A DNA stretch of 63,653 nt, filler included, from Choristocarpus tenellus KU-1152 (taxonomy: Eukaryota > Protista > Phaeophyceae): NCBI GenBank assembly GCA_964200185.2. It is 12 parts of 12 records of this genome, joined end to end, with 100 filler letters (N's around TTAATTAATTAA, not from the genome) between each part and the next. Parts side by side here need not be neighbours in the genome. Positions count along the whole stretch, not along the records: positions 34,815 to 40,829 come from CAXNAD020009163.1; positions 40,930 to 44,963 come from CAXNAD020016568.1; positions 45,064 to 51,413 come from CAXNAD020008334.1; positions 51,514 to 57,432 come from CAXNAD020009416.1; 8 more parts are not named here. The stretch is one strand, 5' to 3'. Made by a program: the position numbers and the translations under genes. Position 1 is the stretch's first letter. Every line of letters starts with the position of its first letter. The notes beneath the pieces are model-generated. The model saw only the letters and a list, made by a program, of their open reading frames with translations. It made no database searches and was not told where the DNA came from. Shown in pieces: positions 39,412 through 52,809 of this stretch.

Positions 39412-40664
39412 CTACCCCACCACTTCTGTCCCATCCGCAGCTGCTGCAAGAGATTCCTGCAGGGATTTCGAATCGAGAACGAGAGCACACACGAAATAAA
39501 CATTTTTTATTTTTGTTTGTTGAGTGCAAGGCAACAAACAAACAAACAATACACACACACACACACATACAAAAAAAGAGAGAGAAGTTTCTTCTTCAAC
39601 ACGGCAAGCAGTGAAAATCGATTGCACCAATCTCAACTCACACGAATGAGCAAACTAGATCAATGAAGACACCCTCTCAACATCTGCCTGGACTGTGGTG
39701 CGTATGGATCCCTCAACGTCCACTTTGGGCACCCTTGCCTTGAGCCACAAGTCACCATACACCCTCGTGACATCGGCATTCATGCTCAGTTCATACGGTA
39801 TACCTCTACCATGCACAAACTTCAGCCTCCACATGGCGAAGGCCCCTCGTCTAATTGTCACCCAGCAGCAATGTGTACTGGTGGTGTAACAGAACAAACA
39901 ATAATCCAAAGGTACACAAACCGCTCTTCAACAAAACAGGCACAAACTAGAGTGTACAACAATACACCCCAAGTCACACCAACTAGCAGTCTACTCGCGC
40001 CTGTCTTATCTAAGCAAGTAGTTTGTCAATACTACTATCTCAACACCGTAACTGTTCCATGCCCGGAGAAAAATAAAATTAAAAAAAAACCCTGAGAAAA
40101 GTACACTACCAAACTGAGGTAGGTGAGGTAGGTTGTTCCTAATCACCTACCCGTAAGAGGTACAGCACTAACGGGAGGTACAATAACAAACAGTAAGTGG
40201 TACATATCCGACAGCAAGGGATCGCATTCACGCCATCATCCACAATGCACCTATAGAATTTTCCTTTGGTTTTGATCAAGGCCATTCTTATCGGGGGTGG
40301 GGTGGGGGGGTGGGGAAGGGGGAGGGGGTTTCTTCTTCTTTGCCGCTTGCCAAAAAAAAAGAGAGTCCGAAATAGTTTGAAACAGCAAACGCCTCTTTTT
40401 GGCAAAAATAAAAATACAACCATATGGTGAGATACTTACCGGGCAGTACGCTTTTCTCACCAGTACTAACATCCCCTACCAACACCAAATCCACAAATAA
40501 AAAAAAAGGGAAGCAACAATAAAAAAAACATGGGAAACTTTGAACAAATGACGAGTGGGCAACAGGCATCATCTCACCTTGAGGATGGTGAGCTTCTCCT
40601 TCCATTTGATCGCGTCAGGGTAGTCAGGACACAGCAGCAAGCTCTCCTCAAAGCATTCTCCGGC
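39412..40664 (-). CDS. 3' exons of an unknown gene, first exon TPR-like
   Basis: Exon 40664-40578 AGECFEESLLLCPDYPDAIKWKEKLTILK resembles a TPR helix B (AxxxFExALxLxPxxxxA). Further candidate exons near 40440-40475, 40250-40290, 39670-39765 and 39412-39457 have ambiguous phases. Confidence 0.4.
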
Positions 40665-40796
40665 CTGCCCCAAAGGGTGAGGAACAACATATATTCAGAG
40701 CCTGCAGGGTGAACAAACGTCTCACAAACTGAGCGCACTCCATGAATCACCAGAGAGCTCCAAAAAAAGCACTCGGGGCAGCGCCAACATTGGTGT

Positions 40797-40828
<32 letters not shown>

Positions 40829-40961
40829 CNNNNNNNNNNNNNNNNNNNNNNNNNNNNNNNNNNNNNNNNNNNNTTAATTAATTAANNNNNNNNNNNNNNN
40901 NNNNNNNNNNNNNNNNNNNNNNNNNNNNNGGGGGGGTTGGGTGTGGGGGTTGGGGGGGGGT

Positions 40962-40994
<33 letters not shown>

Positions 40995-41415
40995 GGAAGC
41001 GCTGTTCCTTACACGATCAACCTTAGCCCTTGGATATTGGCACATTTTCCTGAGGGAAAAATAGATTTGGGAATGGGGAGGGAGGGGTTGCTTGAGGTGT
41101 AGAGGTGGGTCTCCTAATGTCCGTTGCGGTGCACTTGGAATATGTGACTGGGATATCTATAATGGTGAAGCTGGGGAGTTAAGCGTGTTTGACTACTGCC
41201 TAGCCCTAGCCCTACAGCTACACCCACTCTGTTGCAAAAAAACGGAATAATGACAAACATGAATCAAAACGATGCCTGAGACCAACACTCCCACAGACTT
41301 CGGGAGTCTACCAGGGATTTTGTTGCCAAGAAATTGAAATACTGCAACTTGACAAATATCAGGTGGTGCATGAAACGAAGCAGCGACTACTCTGATACAT
41401 GCATACGTCCCTCAC

Positions 41416-42410
41416 CGGTCTCTCAATGCGAAGTTAAGCGCCTGCGAAGGTACATACCGCATTACGCTTACTGTGTTCCCCCTCCAAAAAGACGTAATCC
41501 CCTGTTTGTTCGGTGGATTAGAGAAAGGTTAGGAACCATCGTTTTCGCATCAGCAATGAGTACGGTTTGCTTCGAATGCAATTGTCAGGAGACCATCGTT
41601 TCAATCCCACGTACCAAAGAGTTGAATACGGCAACTGCAGGGAGAACATCTATTAAAAAAGGAATCAAAGCTGTAATATTGAAGTTCTTTCAGCACTCTT
41701 GGAATGTGTGGACAAAATCTCCTGCAATCAATGCATTAACCAAGTCGGGAGTGGGGAGGATTTGCACCTGTTCGGTGCTCACTCTACGTAGGCAGTCGAT
41801 TGACCCCTTATATCTCTTCTCCGCTGGTATTTGTGCACTAGCATGCTGCACTTGCAGAAGAAGTTTAACCCTTAACATAGCCATGTCGCCGTGAAGGGCA
41901 CAGTCATGGATTCAGATGCATGGATGGGATAAAAACAAAGCAGGCAAGAGAGGGTGAGGAGGAAAAACCAGGAACCATTGACATCAATACACTTGAGAAG
42001 GGTCAAACTCCGATTTTCAGCACCTTTCATCGCAAAGTGACTGACATATAGTTCCAAACTCCAACGATATCTAAGAAGAGATACATGAGAGTGTTTGACC
42101 CACTTGAACACGCAAGAAGTCGTGCAAAAGTACGACATCACTTGTCAACTCCAAAGACACCTCATCCGAAGTAGTCAACCACTAGTACCAGGTATAGGAC
42201 AGGACTTACAATGTACGAAGCGGAGACGATACGGTTAGCGGCAGAGAGGAAGAACAAGAGTCTGTCCACGTACCTCTCAACAGGAGCAATGAGGGTCTTC
42301 GAGAATACTCCTGCCAGACCTCCCGCTAGAAAATTCTCGGCAAAATTCTTTAGTGCACCCTTCTCGGGATTCCCTCGACTCCCAACCGCAGGGGCTCCTA
42401 CCTCGACCAT
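41416..42410 (-). CDS. ANT: Mitochondrial ADP/ATP carrier (adenine nucleotide translocator), exons 1-3; rest not in this contig
   Basis: Exons 42410-42274 ([21 protein letters not shown]), 41870-41768 ([34 protein letters not shown]), 41501-41416 ([29 protein letters not shown]). Classic AAC N-terminal motifs. Confidence 0.95.
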
Positions 42411-42599
42411 CCTCTGCGGTTGATTTGGTACAATTCAAGTGAAGTGTTGCCTTGATGCGTTTAGTTGGTGTACAAGATAGGGAGGGTACTTAACTCATTC
42501 CGCCCATCCGTCCGTCCTTGTTATAGAAAAAAGGTATCAGTGATCTGTTTCCAAGCAACCTAGACTATACATTTTGTGGCGAAGACGTTGTCGTGAAAG
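42411..42599. promoter_or_regulatory. Putative bidirectional promoter ANT / NOPCHAP1-like
   Basis: Divergent ATGs only 189 bp apart; CpG-rich flanks. Confidence 0.6.
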
Positions 42600-43613
42600 A
42601 TGGACGAACAGGAGGGAGGAGGGATCGACAGAGAAGGTCGGCGATTTCGAACGCTTTATTTCACCGTGCTCCTCTTTTGTTGGTCAGCTTGAGAAGAATG
42701 CTTTCTATTGCCAGTCTCTACAGGCGCATCTTAACGTCGTTGTTGCTATTGCCCCTCTTGCTCTTCCCTTGTTTCTAGTCACAAATGCTGGAATGATGCT
42801 CCCGCCGAGTTCGCTTCTGGAAAGAATATCTTCTTTTCTTCCCCAGATGGCCATGGCCAACGAGCACATGGCCGCCCTTTCCAAGGAGGGCAAACTCGAA
42901 CTTATAGACTCAAGTCTAGGTCTGGCAGACCAGTCTGAAGATGATGATAGCGATGAGGAAAGCGACGAAGAGGAAAATGAAGATGTAGGGGAGGAGGGAG
43001 GATTAGGTGTAATTGAAGAAGTGGGGGAAATGCCATCTGCAGTCAAGAAGGGCAGTGCAAGTGCAGCAGATGGTGCACGGATCGTCCAGTTGGTAAGTGA
43101 ACGAGCATCAGGTCCTTTGTAAAGGATTCGTTGGAGTGCCCTTCGTGAGGAATGCAAGAAAAAGACATAGAGTGCGTTGTATCCCCTGGAATCATTTTCG
43201 AGCAATTGCCTCTATTTTTGTACAGAAATAAACGATTGCTGACATACCAGAGTTGTTCATTCTAACTACTCCTTCTTTGGTATGCCGTTAACATGTCGGT
43301 CACTTCTTCCTCATCCCCCCTACCCATCATCTACAACTATGGTGCTGGCTTTAATTGTGGTGGGCAGGATTTTGCACTGGGTGACTTTGATGGGACACCT
43401 ATTGCTGAGCTTGAGGCCAAGGCTGAGGCAAATGACAAGCAAGACAATGATAGTAGCGATGGAGATAGTCAGAATTTGCCAGGGGAGCTAGAGAACGTAG
43501 ACTCCACCGAAACAGAGGAACCAATACGGGGACAAGGAGTAGTTGAGGACATGTTGAGGAAGGGTTCTGCAGCACGGCCATCGAAAGATAAGCCGTTGAT
43601 CGAGGAGCTGTAG
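42600..43613 (+). CDS. NOPCHAP1: NOP protein chaperone 1-like (C12orf45 / DUF4598), apparently complete, 3 exons
   Basis: Exons 42600-42636, 42779-43092, 43368-43613 in phase. Motif SSLLERISSFLPQMAMANE, acidic linker, IVQLDFALG, C-terminal KPLIEEL*. Confidence 0.82.
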
Positions 43614-45191
43614 GTGCTATGTGCCAATGTCGCGTTGAGAACGGACATGTGCCATAGGTTATGCTTTGTCTTCCTATGCCCTCTCCCTCCACAGTCATAC
43701 ATCATAGTTTATACTGTAAAATACCTACAGAGTTTTGTAAGTTGTACATAGTGCGTTAATGTACGTTTGAGAAGAAACCCTATATAACAGCAATAGAAAC
43801 ATGAAGACCCACCCAGCATGTATACAATGTGAAACGGTTCCTACCTTTTCCGCATCTAGTAGCAATAAATTGCACCCAATGCAGTATCACAACGGATTGA
43901 CTCCAAGGTGTCGTTGTCCCCGACCAATGAATTCTAATAATTTAACTGTCAAGCACAGGCAGTCACTGCAATGGATTTTGTGTGTAAGCTGCATTCACCA
44001 GAAACCACCCTTGAAAACTGTGAATTACAACTACTATTGATAATGACCTGCAGCACATCTCCATTCCCTTTCTCACAGGGTACCTAGCTTTACCAGACTT
44101 TTGTTAATATGCACAATTATATCAGTCCACTCTGTATGAAGACAAGCTGTGGCATCCTGTGTGCCTGACGTAACAACCCCCCCCCCAAGGCTAAGTCCAC
44201 TAGAGATCATGTCATGCCCTTGAGATGCGTGGACTCTGCACTGTATCAATAAATATTATGCCTATCATTCCTTCCTTATCTCTACTCCCAACATCCATGA
44301 CAACTACATCAAGGGTTGAAAACCACTCCAACACTTGACTTGAGAGTCACGCACACCTGAGGAAAGTCCCAATACAACACAAGATTATTGTGGAGTCACA
44401 CAGGGGTCCAAGTAAAAGTAGAGTATTCAAGCTGTGAGCAAATTGGGTGCAGTTTGACACACCTTAACCAGCATGAGTACACCCTCCCAACCCGCACCTT
44501 GGTTATACAGAAACCATTTCTCAAAAACCTACACACTCCACAGTAGCAGCCAAGACCACTCCCATACAGAGAGAGAGAGAAAGATAACACAACAAGTCCA
44601 ATGGTCTTTGTACCATATTTGGAATAGAGATTAAGAAATAATAAACATCAAATTACATTGAAGATAAGTGAGATAATGAGACACAATGTCTTACAGTCAC
44701 ATCAATGCTCAATTTTTTTTATGGGTTCTTTATATTAAGCACGGGCGCAGGACAGGATTCCCATCCCACCCTTAAGCTTAAATCCACCAAGAGATGTCTC
44801 CTAGATTCAGCTGCACACTGAATCAAGCAAGTCCTACTACACGTTGAAACCAAGTTACAGATTCCCTTGGTAGAGTAGAATAGTGACCACCTCTTGCTTC
44901 CCCCCCCCCCCCCCCCAACAGTTTGCGGAAAAACAGCAACACCCCACCTACAAAAGTACCCCCNNNNNNNNNNNNNNNNNNNNNNNNNNNNNNNNNNNNN
45001 NNNNNNNTTAATTAATTAANNNNNNNNNNNNNNNNNNNNNNNNNNNNNNNNNNNNNNNNNNNNCCCGCCCCCCGCTCCCCCCCCCCCTCAGGCGGACAAG
45101 CCCCCCCCCCCCCCCCCCCCCTCCCCCCCAGATATTTCGGGTCAGTCAGTGCCTAAACTTGCTGTGATCTGAAGGTTTTTGAAGGACAAAC

Positions 45192-45448
45192 GAGTGAAAG
45201 TATCTTAGAGGGTACGAGTTTTTCCCTGATATCCATTTGGGACTTGACTTCCCACGGGTTTTTAATGATATTTTACCTACTCCAACATGTTTCGGAGTAG
45301 GCAAAATGTAGAAGTTATGAAAAGATGTGTCCGGAACAAGGATATTGATATATCTTAACAAATATGATAGCCAAAATCAATCAAAATCACAACGTTGGAT
45401 TTTGGCCCCCAAATGGACGCGGCTCTACCCTCTAAGATAATTTGACTC
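45192..45448 (-). mobile_element. MITE family A copy with perfect 4-bp TSD (AAAC)
   Basis: aaac-GAGTGAAAGTATCTTAGAGGGTA...TACCCTCTAAGATAATTTGACTC-aaac. Confidence 0.9.
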
Positions 45449-46460
45449 AAACATCCAACTGTTTTATTGTAGGCATGGACTGTGTTGGGTGCACGAGACC
45501 GCAACAGCAACACTGATGCATCAGCACTGCGGAGTTGGTGGGTGAGCTGAGCAGTGAGGAGGGTGCGGGACGGAAGGTGAATGCAATGGTGGAGACGACA
45601 TAAGAGGAGTTGAAGAGGAATAAGGGGGCAAGGGAAGGTAATCTAATCGACGCTTAAAATCATTACTGATGAAGCACCCTTTTCAATATTTCCCCGGAAA
45701 CATCAAAACTCTTGTCAAGGAATTTCATTAGATGAAGGAAGTAAAATTTTCAGAATATTTCAGTCTCCTCAGTTGCAATTTAGCTTTTACTGAAAGATGC
45801 ATATTTCATGTAGTAAAAAGTAAAGTAACGTAAAAGTGTGCATGTAGGCACAAAAAATAGTCGCACACCTCTTATACAGCCATGAAGGGCAATTACATAA
45901 TGTACACCCACTGATACTTTGCAGGTGTTGTGAAGCGGGGACTCAAGAAATTAAATTGTCCTTATCGTACAGGAAAGAGTGACAAACTATTGTTTTCACA
46001 AACGTGCTCACTCAGCAGATCTTCAATAGGTATTTGAATGATCAATAGTTGACTCAACCTTCCCCACCTCCCACCAATACTCATTCCGGTTTGCCTTAAG
46101 ATTCATCTCCACTCAATATCCTATGCTCTATTATGTCAATATGCAGAGGGAAAGAGGACAAGAACCACAACAAATTGAGCAAAAAGAGATTACAAAGACG
46201 ACATATCGTAAGGTATAAAGGACCAAAACGTACGATGAAAAGTGCCACCGTACCTGATGTGTGCCATCTCAGATCGTATCTGAATATTTTTCACCGTGCT
46301 TGATCATCTCACCTTTGCACCATTCAACCAAACCACCAAACCATTATTCATCACAGAAGACTAACTCCGAATCAACACAATACGATTCCTTCCCCAATTG
46401 CCCACTGAAATACACTTGGCTGTATAATATTTCAGGTCCAAACTTGAGACACAAATATAC

Positions 46461-47638
46461 CTTCCCTAAGTAGAAGTAGATGAAGTGCCTGGTCTCGTGG
46501 GTAACAAAAGATCCAAAGTTCCGCCCCACAATGCAATGCCATGTTGGCTTGTACTTTTTTTCAAACTCTGTCTTGATGAATTTTGCAATCTCCTGGAGTA
46601 AAAAAACGCAATTCGTCAAGGGAGGAAATTTTTGTTGGTCGTGGAAGAAATGGTGAAGTCGGCAGTTCTGTGTGACAGCGATTTACAGCCTGTATACTGT
46701 CAACTGTGAATCTGCACATCATCGGACCGTCATACTGACCTACTCCTTACCCAAGAACAATGATTTACAGCTTCTACTTAAAACCAGCAACTGTCCCTAT
46801 TAGTCGTTGTTGTGAAGTAATTAGTAGCAGGCTTAGACACGAACGAAGAGGGATGTGTTGACTCAACATGCAAGCATTTATGGGCATAAATAATGAAAGT
46901 GGGAGGCTATGTTTGAGACTGACTACTTCTACGTAGACTACTGTAGTTAACACAACCTAAAGATAGAAAGGTCAAAATTTAAAAACTAACAGGTGACTGA
47001 CGTAGCATTTGTGGACCTAAAGAGTTAAGGTGGGACGCTATGCTTGAGATTGATCGCTTTTATGTACACTGCAATGAAGGCAATCCAAATATAGACTATG
47101 AAAATCGAATTAAGAAATTAATGGCTGATATACAACCTCCCCAAGAGCTAAGACGAGGCCACAACCAAACGAGATGCAACAGACCTGTAGGGAGTATCCT
47201 GGTCACTGTGACTTGTAAGGTGAGTATACACACCGAAAATCACACCTAGTTCAAAAAGAGCCTTCGGAAACAACTAACGCATATCAACAGTATTCTATCA
47301 TTTCGTTGTGAGCTATTTTTGTAGAGGTCAGGGCATAAAACAACAATCCTTTCTGGGATCTCCAACTCCCATGTAGTATATGTTTTTGGTTATACTCCCC
47401 TCGTGCTGTGTTGAGAAAATGAGTCATATATTGATATCTAAGGTTGTGACTGTGACTGGCTGGAAGGGGGTGGGTGGTTTGGAAGGGTCCCCACATGCAA
47501 GATTTATACCTTCTCAGACTTGTACTTGTCCAAAGCTTCGGAAGCACAATCTATCACGTCATCTTGCATATATCCAGACATATCTACACTCTTTATTATT
47601 ACCCTGCGCTCTGACGTGCTCCTGCTGTTCCATGTTGG
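46461..47638 (-). CDS. DYNLL: Dynein light chain LC8-type, N-terminally extended paralogue (termini uncertain)
   Basis: Exons 47638-47510 (..[31 protein letters not shown]) and 46592-46461 ([44 protein letters not shown]). [11 protein letters not shown] is the LC8 signature. Possible first exon at about 47912-47829. Confidence 0.93.
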
Positions 47639-47952
47639 CTGGGACCAGTGGGATATTACGGAGTGGGTTTTAGGGTGAGTGTAGGAAATGCTAGTGTCAT
47701 TGTCTCTCCTTTTTGGGAAGGGTTTGTGTGTAGTGGTTTGCAATGTTGATTGCGTACAGTAGTTCTTAACTGTAGACCTGGTCATACAGAGTACTACAGG
47801 GTTGACCTGGCATGGACAAAACAGTTACATACAATAATGGTAGGGGCCATGGAGACCAGGCAGAGGGACTGGTGAGGTCATCGTCAAGCAATGGTGTGGT
47901 GAGGGGGCTCATGCATGCAGCGAGGAGTGAGAAGCACAGACAAGTGACGTGA

Positions 47953-48300
47953 ACAGTGGAGGCCCCATCGTGGGGAACCACCACTGACATGCTTTTCCAC
48001 TTCTTCAAACGAAGGTTAGGGTTATTTTTCACACACAGGTCTGGGTCAGGGTTAGAGTTAGATTTTGAAAATATGATGTGAAAAATTGAAGAAGAGATGA
48101 CTGTAGTGAATCCTCGAGAGGTGTCAATTCCCCAGTACACACTGTACTGTTGCGCCATTTCTAGAATGTTTCCTTGACTTGTCAGCGATGTTTTCACACA
48201 AGTTAGGGCCAGGGTCAGGGTCAGGATCAGGTTTTTCAAAATGTGTGCATTTTTTCTTTTTAGAGTAGTGACTCCCCAAGAAGGGGGGGTCCCCCTCAAT
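47953..48300 (+). mobile_element. Repeat family C: bipartite non-autonomous element with GGGTTA/GGGTCA arrays
   Basis: Collinear with 61083-61530: TGGGGAACCACCAC, GGGTYA repeats, TTTTGAAAAT, GAGAGGTG...TTCCCAGT.CAC, second GGGTCA array, CCCCAAGAA. Confidence 0.65.
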
Positions 48301-51300
48301 ACTGCAGAAGCAAGGAGACACATGACTGGACCGTCCATCTTACATACTTATCTGTCTGCAGTAGGAACCCCCCCTGTCTACTACAAGGGTTTCATTGCAA
48401 TTGGTCCGCAGTTAAAATGCCATCAATTGTTGTTGGCCAAGTAGAACTCTATTGCGATGTAGATTACTCAGAATAAACAAAGGATGATGTAGCGACGTAT
48501 TCTTCGCTAAGAACATTGGTTTCTCCTCAAAAGCACATCATTAATATCGAGTTGGGTTTTATAGTCTCAGTGTTTTCGCAGTAGGAATGGTGTTTCGTAG
48601 GCTGCATCGCCACATTAGAACCCGATCTGCATTGTCTGCTCGTTATGGGTACGCAGAAGGAAATGAACATATAAATGACTCTCTATATTGATGGTATCAA
48701 CATTGTCGACAAAACTACTCTAACTGACCCACGCAACACTGCAAAACAACGCATTCACGTGCATCAACAGGGGATCGTGCTGACTCCACAGCGTAACTCT
48801 CGATGCGTGAGTCACATCCGATTGAATCCTGGGTTCATCCTTGCAACTCCTCGACCGATCTAATGTGGATCGTGGGCACAAAACAGGGTTTGTAACCTGT
48901 GAGAGAAACATGAACCAAAGAGCTACTACAGTCACCCCTTCATTACCGTCTCATAATGAGGCGCGCTCTCTCACCTCTTGCCACTCATATCTAGTTTCGC
49001 TTTGGCGTGAGATCGAAATTGGCGTGGAACTGTGAAAGGCTGTGGGCTGAGAAGACGAGGAACGGAGGAGCATTCCCCTGATTCCCCAGCCCTGACCCAC
49101 TTTCAAGGGCATTTTGCTCGGCATTGTGGATACCTGTCCACATCCTTTTCCCATGTTATGAATAGTGGAGGTGTTAAGTCTATCGTGGTACCTCTACAAA
49201 TGTTTTTAGATCGTATAGAGGTCTTAGACCTCTTACAGATAGAACAAGAGTATTTTTTGGGGTTCTGTGGGTTCTGTATACTTTCCCTCCTCCGTTCTTC
49301 TTTTTGTTGCACGTCAAATGAACGATGTGGACCTGAATAGTGTGATAATTTTCTCATTATTAGCATGAAGTCAAGACAGTGATAAAAATTGCTAAACCGT
49401 CCCGAAGCTCTACGATGACATGATGTTACAATTGTCTATGAAGTAGGATCACATATGTTCATGTAGTTAATATCTTGTTAGAAGTTCTTGCTCTGATGAT
49501 GGTCATGCTTCGAAGAATAAAAACCTACTAACCTAATCTGTTCCCTACATTGACTATTGATTATTTGAACTATGTGTTATACAATTATTCTACGAGGGAC
49601 CCCAAACCTAATCTACAATCTAATAGGGGTCCTTGCGATATTGTTGAACCCTGATACATCTGAAAAATATCCGACGACATAATGATACATATATATATAT
49701 ATATATCTATAACCTTATTTATTATTGTGCCCTCGCACATTTTGCACACGTATAAGAAAAGTTAATTCAAAATCATAACCCCTCGTTCATCTAATCTCTG
49801 TTGAAATGTAGTCAGAAGAGCGATATAAAATACAAGATATCATTTGAACCTGACATACTATTCTGTTTTCATATGAAACAAGGAATTATAGAAGAATAGA
49901 AGAAAGAATAGAGTGAGAAAAACGGAATTTGCTACTACAATTGACAAATATTTCCCAAACACAAACCCACACAATGGACAATACTCTAAATATAATAACA
50001 CCTTTCAAACGTCCTTACACATCAAAATCCAATCAGAACACCATAAATAACACAATCACATAAAGTACAAATACTGTAGCAGTACGAATTAACAGGAAAC
50101 AAGAATGCAAGGAAGTAAAATGTAGTAGTGTTTAGTAATCATTCAACAAAGAGAAGTTGGTTGACACGGTGAATGATAGTAGCAACTTTCACATCACTAA
50201 CAACAGTAATATACAGTAGTAGTGAAAGTCAATGGGACTTAATAATCCGTTTTTTTGATCACCTAGTCTCCTCCTCTTTAGAGAGGTACATATATCAGGT
50301 ATTATCATAGTTTCCTTGGTGACACTCTTCTTCCATCAAACTTTTTTCCTGTCAACCACACAAGCATACCACTGTATATTTCACTTGTTGGTCTTCCCCT
50401 TAGCTCCAATCACAAAACTCCTTGATGTTGTTATCTCTCTAGTACATCCACCAGTTCTTCTCATATCCGCTTTGCTTTCTTTCTCAAATACGAGTTCCAA
50501 ACATCAACTCTTGATTAGCGCACTCTACCTCCATACTTTTCTACTCCTTCCAGAACACGTTGCAGAGGGAACGTGGAAGCAAGGTGAACAGGAAAATCTC
50601 TATTGGATGTGTCTCCAAGACGATACTGAGGAAGCTTTCGGATCAAGGTGGAGTGGTGTGATAAAAGGGCAATAACCAAGACAGGTAGTAAATGTGCAGT
50701 CGATGGAAACAGGTGCTTCATGGATAAGTGGCGTGCCAAAGAAGTCGTGATAGCACCTGACGGATGTCATGGCAAAGAAGGAGCTAAGGTCATACAAGCA
50801 GCTTAGGGAGCCTTAACACTTACTACTAAATACTTCGAAGTATTGAGCGTTGGGTTTTTCTCATTGTTGGTCTCTTGCGTTGAGCATTTTCAACTGCACT
50901 TCGTTCTTTTTTGTGATATGTGATGAGTGGTGATTGAAAGGATGGAGATACGTCACGACAATGATTGTTTTGTTTCTTGTTCTAGTAGGACGACGTGGTG
51001 ATGTTGACGACATTGACGGGGTTTTGTTACAGGCATTGGGTTCTAACATCAATGTATAAGTTTCTTCCTGTCACCCTCTTCCCATCTTAACCTACATCGA
51101 ATCTGGAGGTTTCTCATCATCCGTTCTTCTTCCAATACATTTTCTACATTATTTTATAATTTCTCTGTTAATTCCAATAGGTTTTTGCCTCTCCTACTCG
51201 AACTACCTTCTAAGCGTGGATTTGGGATCGCTGCTTCTCCTCCATCGACGTCGAGCATGATGGCTGCTCGAACTCCATCCGACGCTGGCTTGGTCACAGC

Positions 51301-52809
51301 TCCAGCTCCTGATTAATCTTTTTCATCATATCCGTCTTCATATTCTGACTGGACCACCTTGTTGGAAACAATGGGTGTCCGTGGATCACTTTGGGTCAAA
51401 GTATCTGGGGGGGNNNNNNNNNNNNNNNNNNNNNNNNNNNNNNNNNNNNNNNNNNNNTTAATTAATTAANNNNNNNNNNNNNNNNNNNNNNNNNNNNNNN
51501 NNNNNNNNNNNNNCTAACAACCACCATCAAGGGCACAAAAAAAACAAACAAGGCAGTGGGGGGGGGGAGGGGGGGGAGTGAGAAAGGGTCGATCTTCCTG
51601 CAGAGAGATGCAGAAATAAAGTGAGGAAATAGGAACTACCAGTGTCACATTTGCAAACGATTTTTTTTTTTCGTTTTGATTCAAGCATTAAAGCATCAGA
51701 ATCAACACTTACTTTCATGTCAAGTGGCGACTGATCAACACTTGCTTCCACGTATGTCACACGGAAATTGAGACTCATGTCGGTAAATCATATACATAAT
51801 ACAATACAATACAATACAATATATATATATAAGGTAACAGTACACTTTTGTAACAACTCCGCCGACAAAAAAACTGTTGTGGGACATCTATCAAGTAAGG
51901 TATATTTTGGACTGTTTTTTACAGACAAACCCGAGTTGCAACACAATGTTGAAAGAAAGTTTGCATCCAAAGTGTGCAGTGAATGTGGAGCGATCTCACC
52001 CATGAAAGACTCCCTTGGGAAGGGAGCAATGGTGGCTTGAAATATGGGCAGTATACACAGCCCAAGACTGAGAGGGCTAACAGGGTCATGAACTCGGATG
52101 TCGGCAGTACTTGTAGTATCGTACTCTAGTTATCTTCCGCCCTACTTGACATTGCATATCCACAGTGACCCCTTGACAATATGTTTGCTCAATTTTGTCA
52201 ACAATAGTTGAATTTCAAGGGAAAAAGGGAACAAGAATATTTCAATGCAACCTAAGCTTGAAGGCAAGTAGCTCCGTCAACAAGTGCACACGACATCATT
52301 GCAACAATGCCGTAAGCAGACTCAATGACAGAATATACCACACTATATCTACTATATATCTTTCCTGCATTCTCTACACGCAGGTGGCAGGTCCTGCCTG
52401 ACCAGGTGGGATGTCCAAGTACTAATGAGGCCCTCGCACAGGTAAACCTGGCTTTGTGTTCACGCACCCCATTTCACACCAAAGATGCCGGCCACTGCCG
52501 CCTCGTGATTCTGAAGCTTACAGGCTTAAGGTTTACAGCTTTACATTTGATTTAAAGTCTCAGTGGAGTGGATCACGTCACACAATGTAGAATATAAAAT
52601 ATACGTAGGTTTTGCCCTAATGTGGGAAGGCATTACCAGCTGTTGAGGCCCAGCAAAACACCCTTGCCCGCCCTCCAAACAGTTGAGAAATCTCAACTTT
52701 GACCCATCACCTGTCATCCTTGCTTGCCATGCAATCCAGTCTGAACATGTCAACATTTCTTCTAGTGATATACACATACTTCAAAGTGAAAAGAGCATTA
52801 ATAACTCAC

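Noticed and set aside
230-45448. MITEs acting as introner elements
   Set aside because: Copies sit inside existing introns, intergenic DNA or dead TEs, and their ends do not supply GT/AG boundaries.
48600-49366. Cys-rich, CpG-rich segment suggestive of a KDZ/CxC transposase
   Set aside because: No diagnostic catalytic motif found; frames are interrupted.
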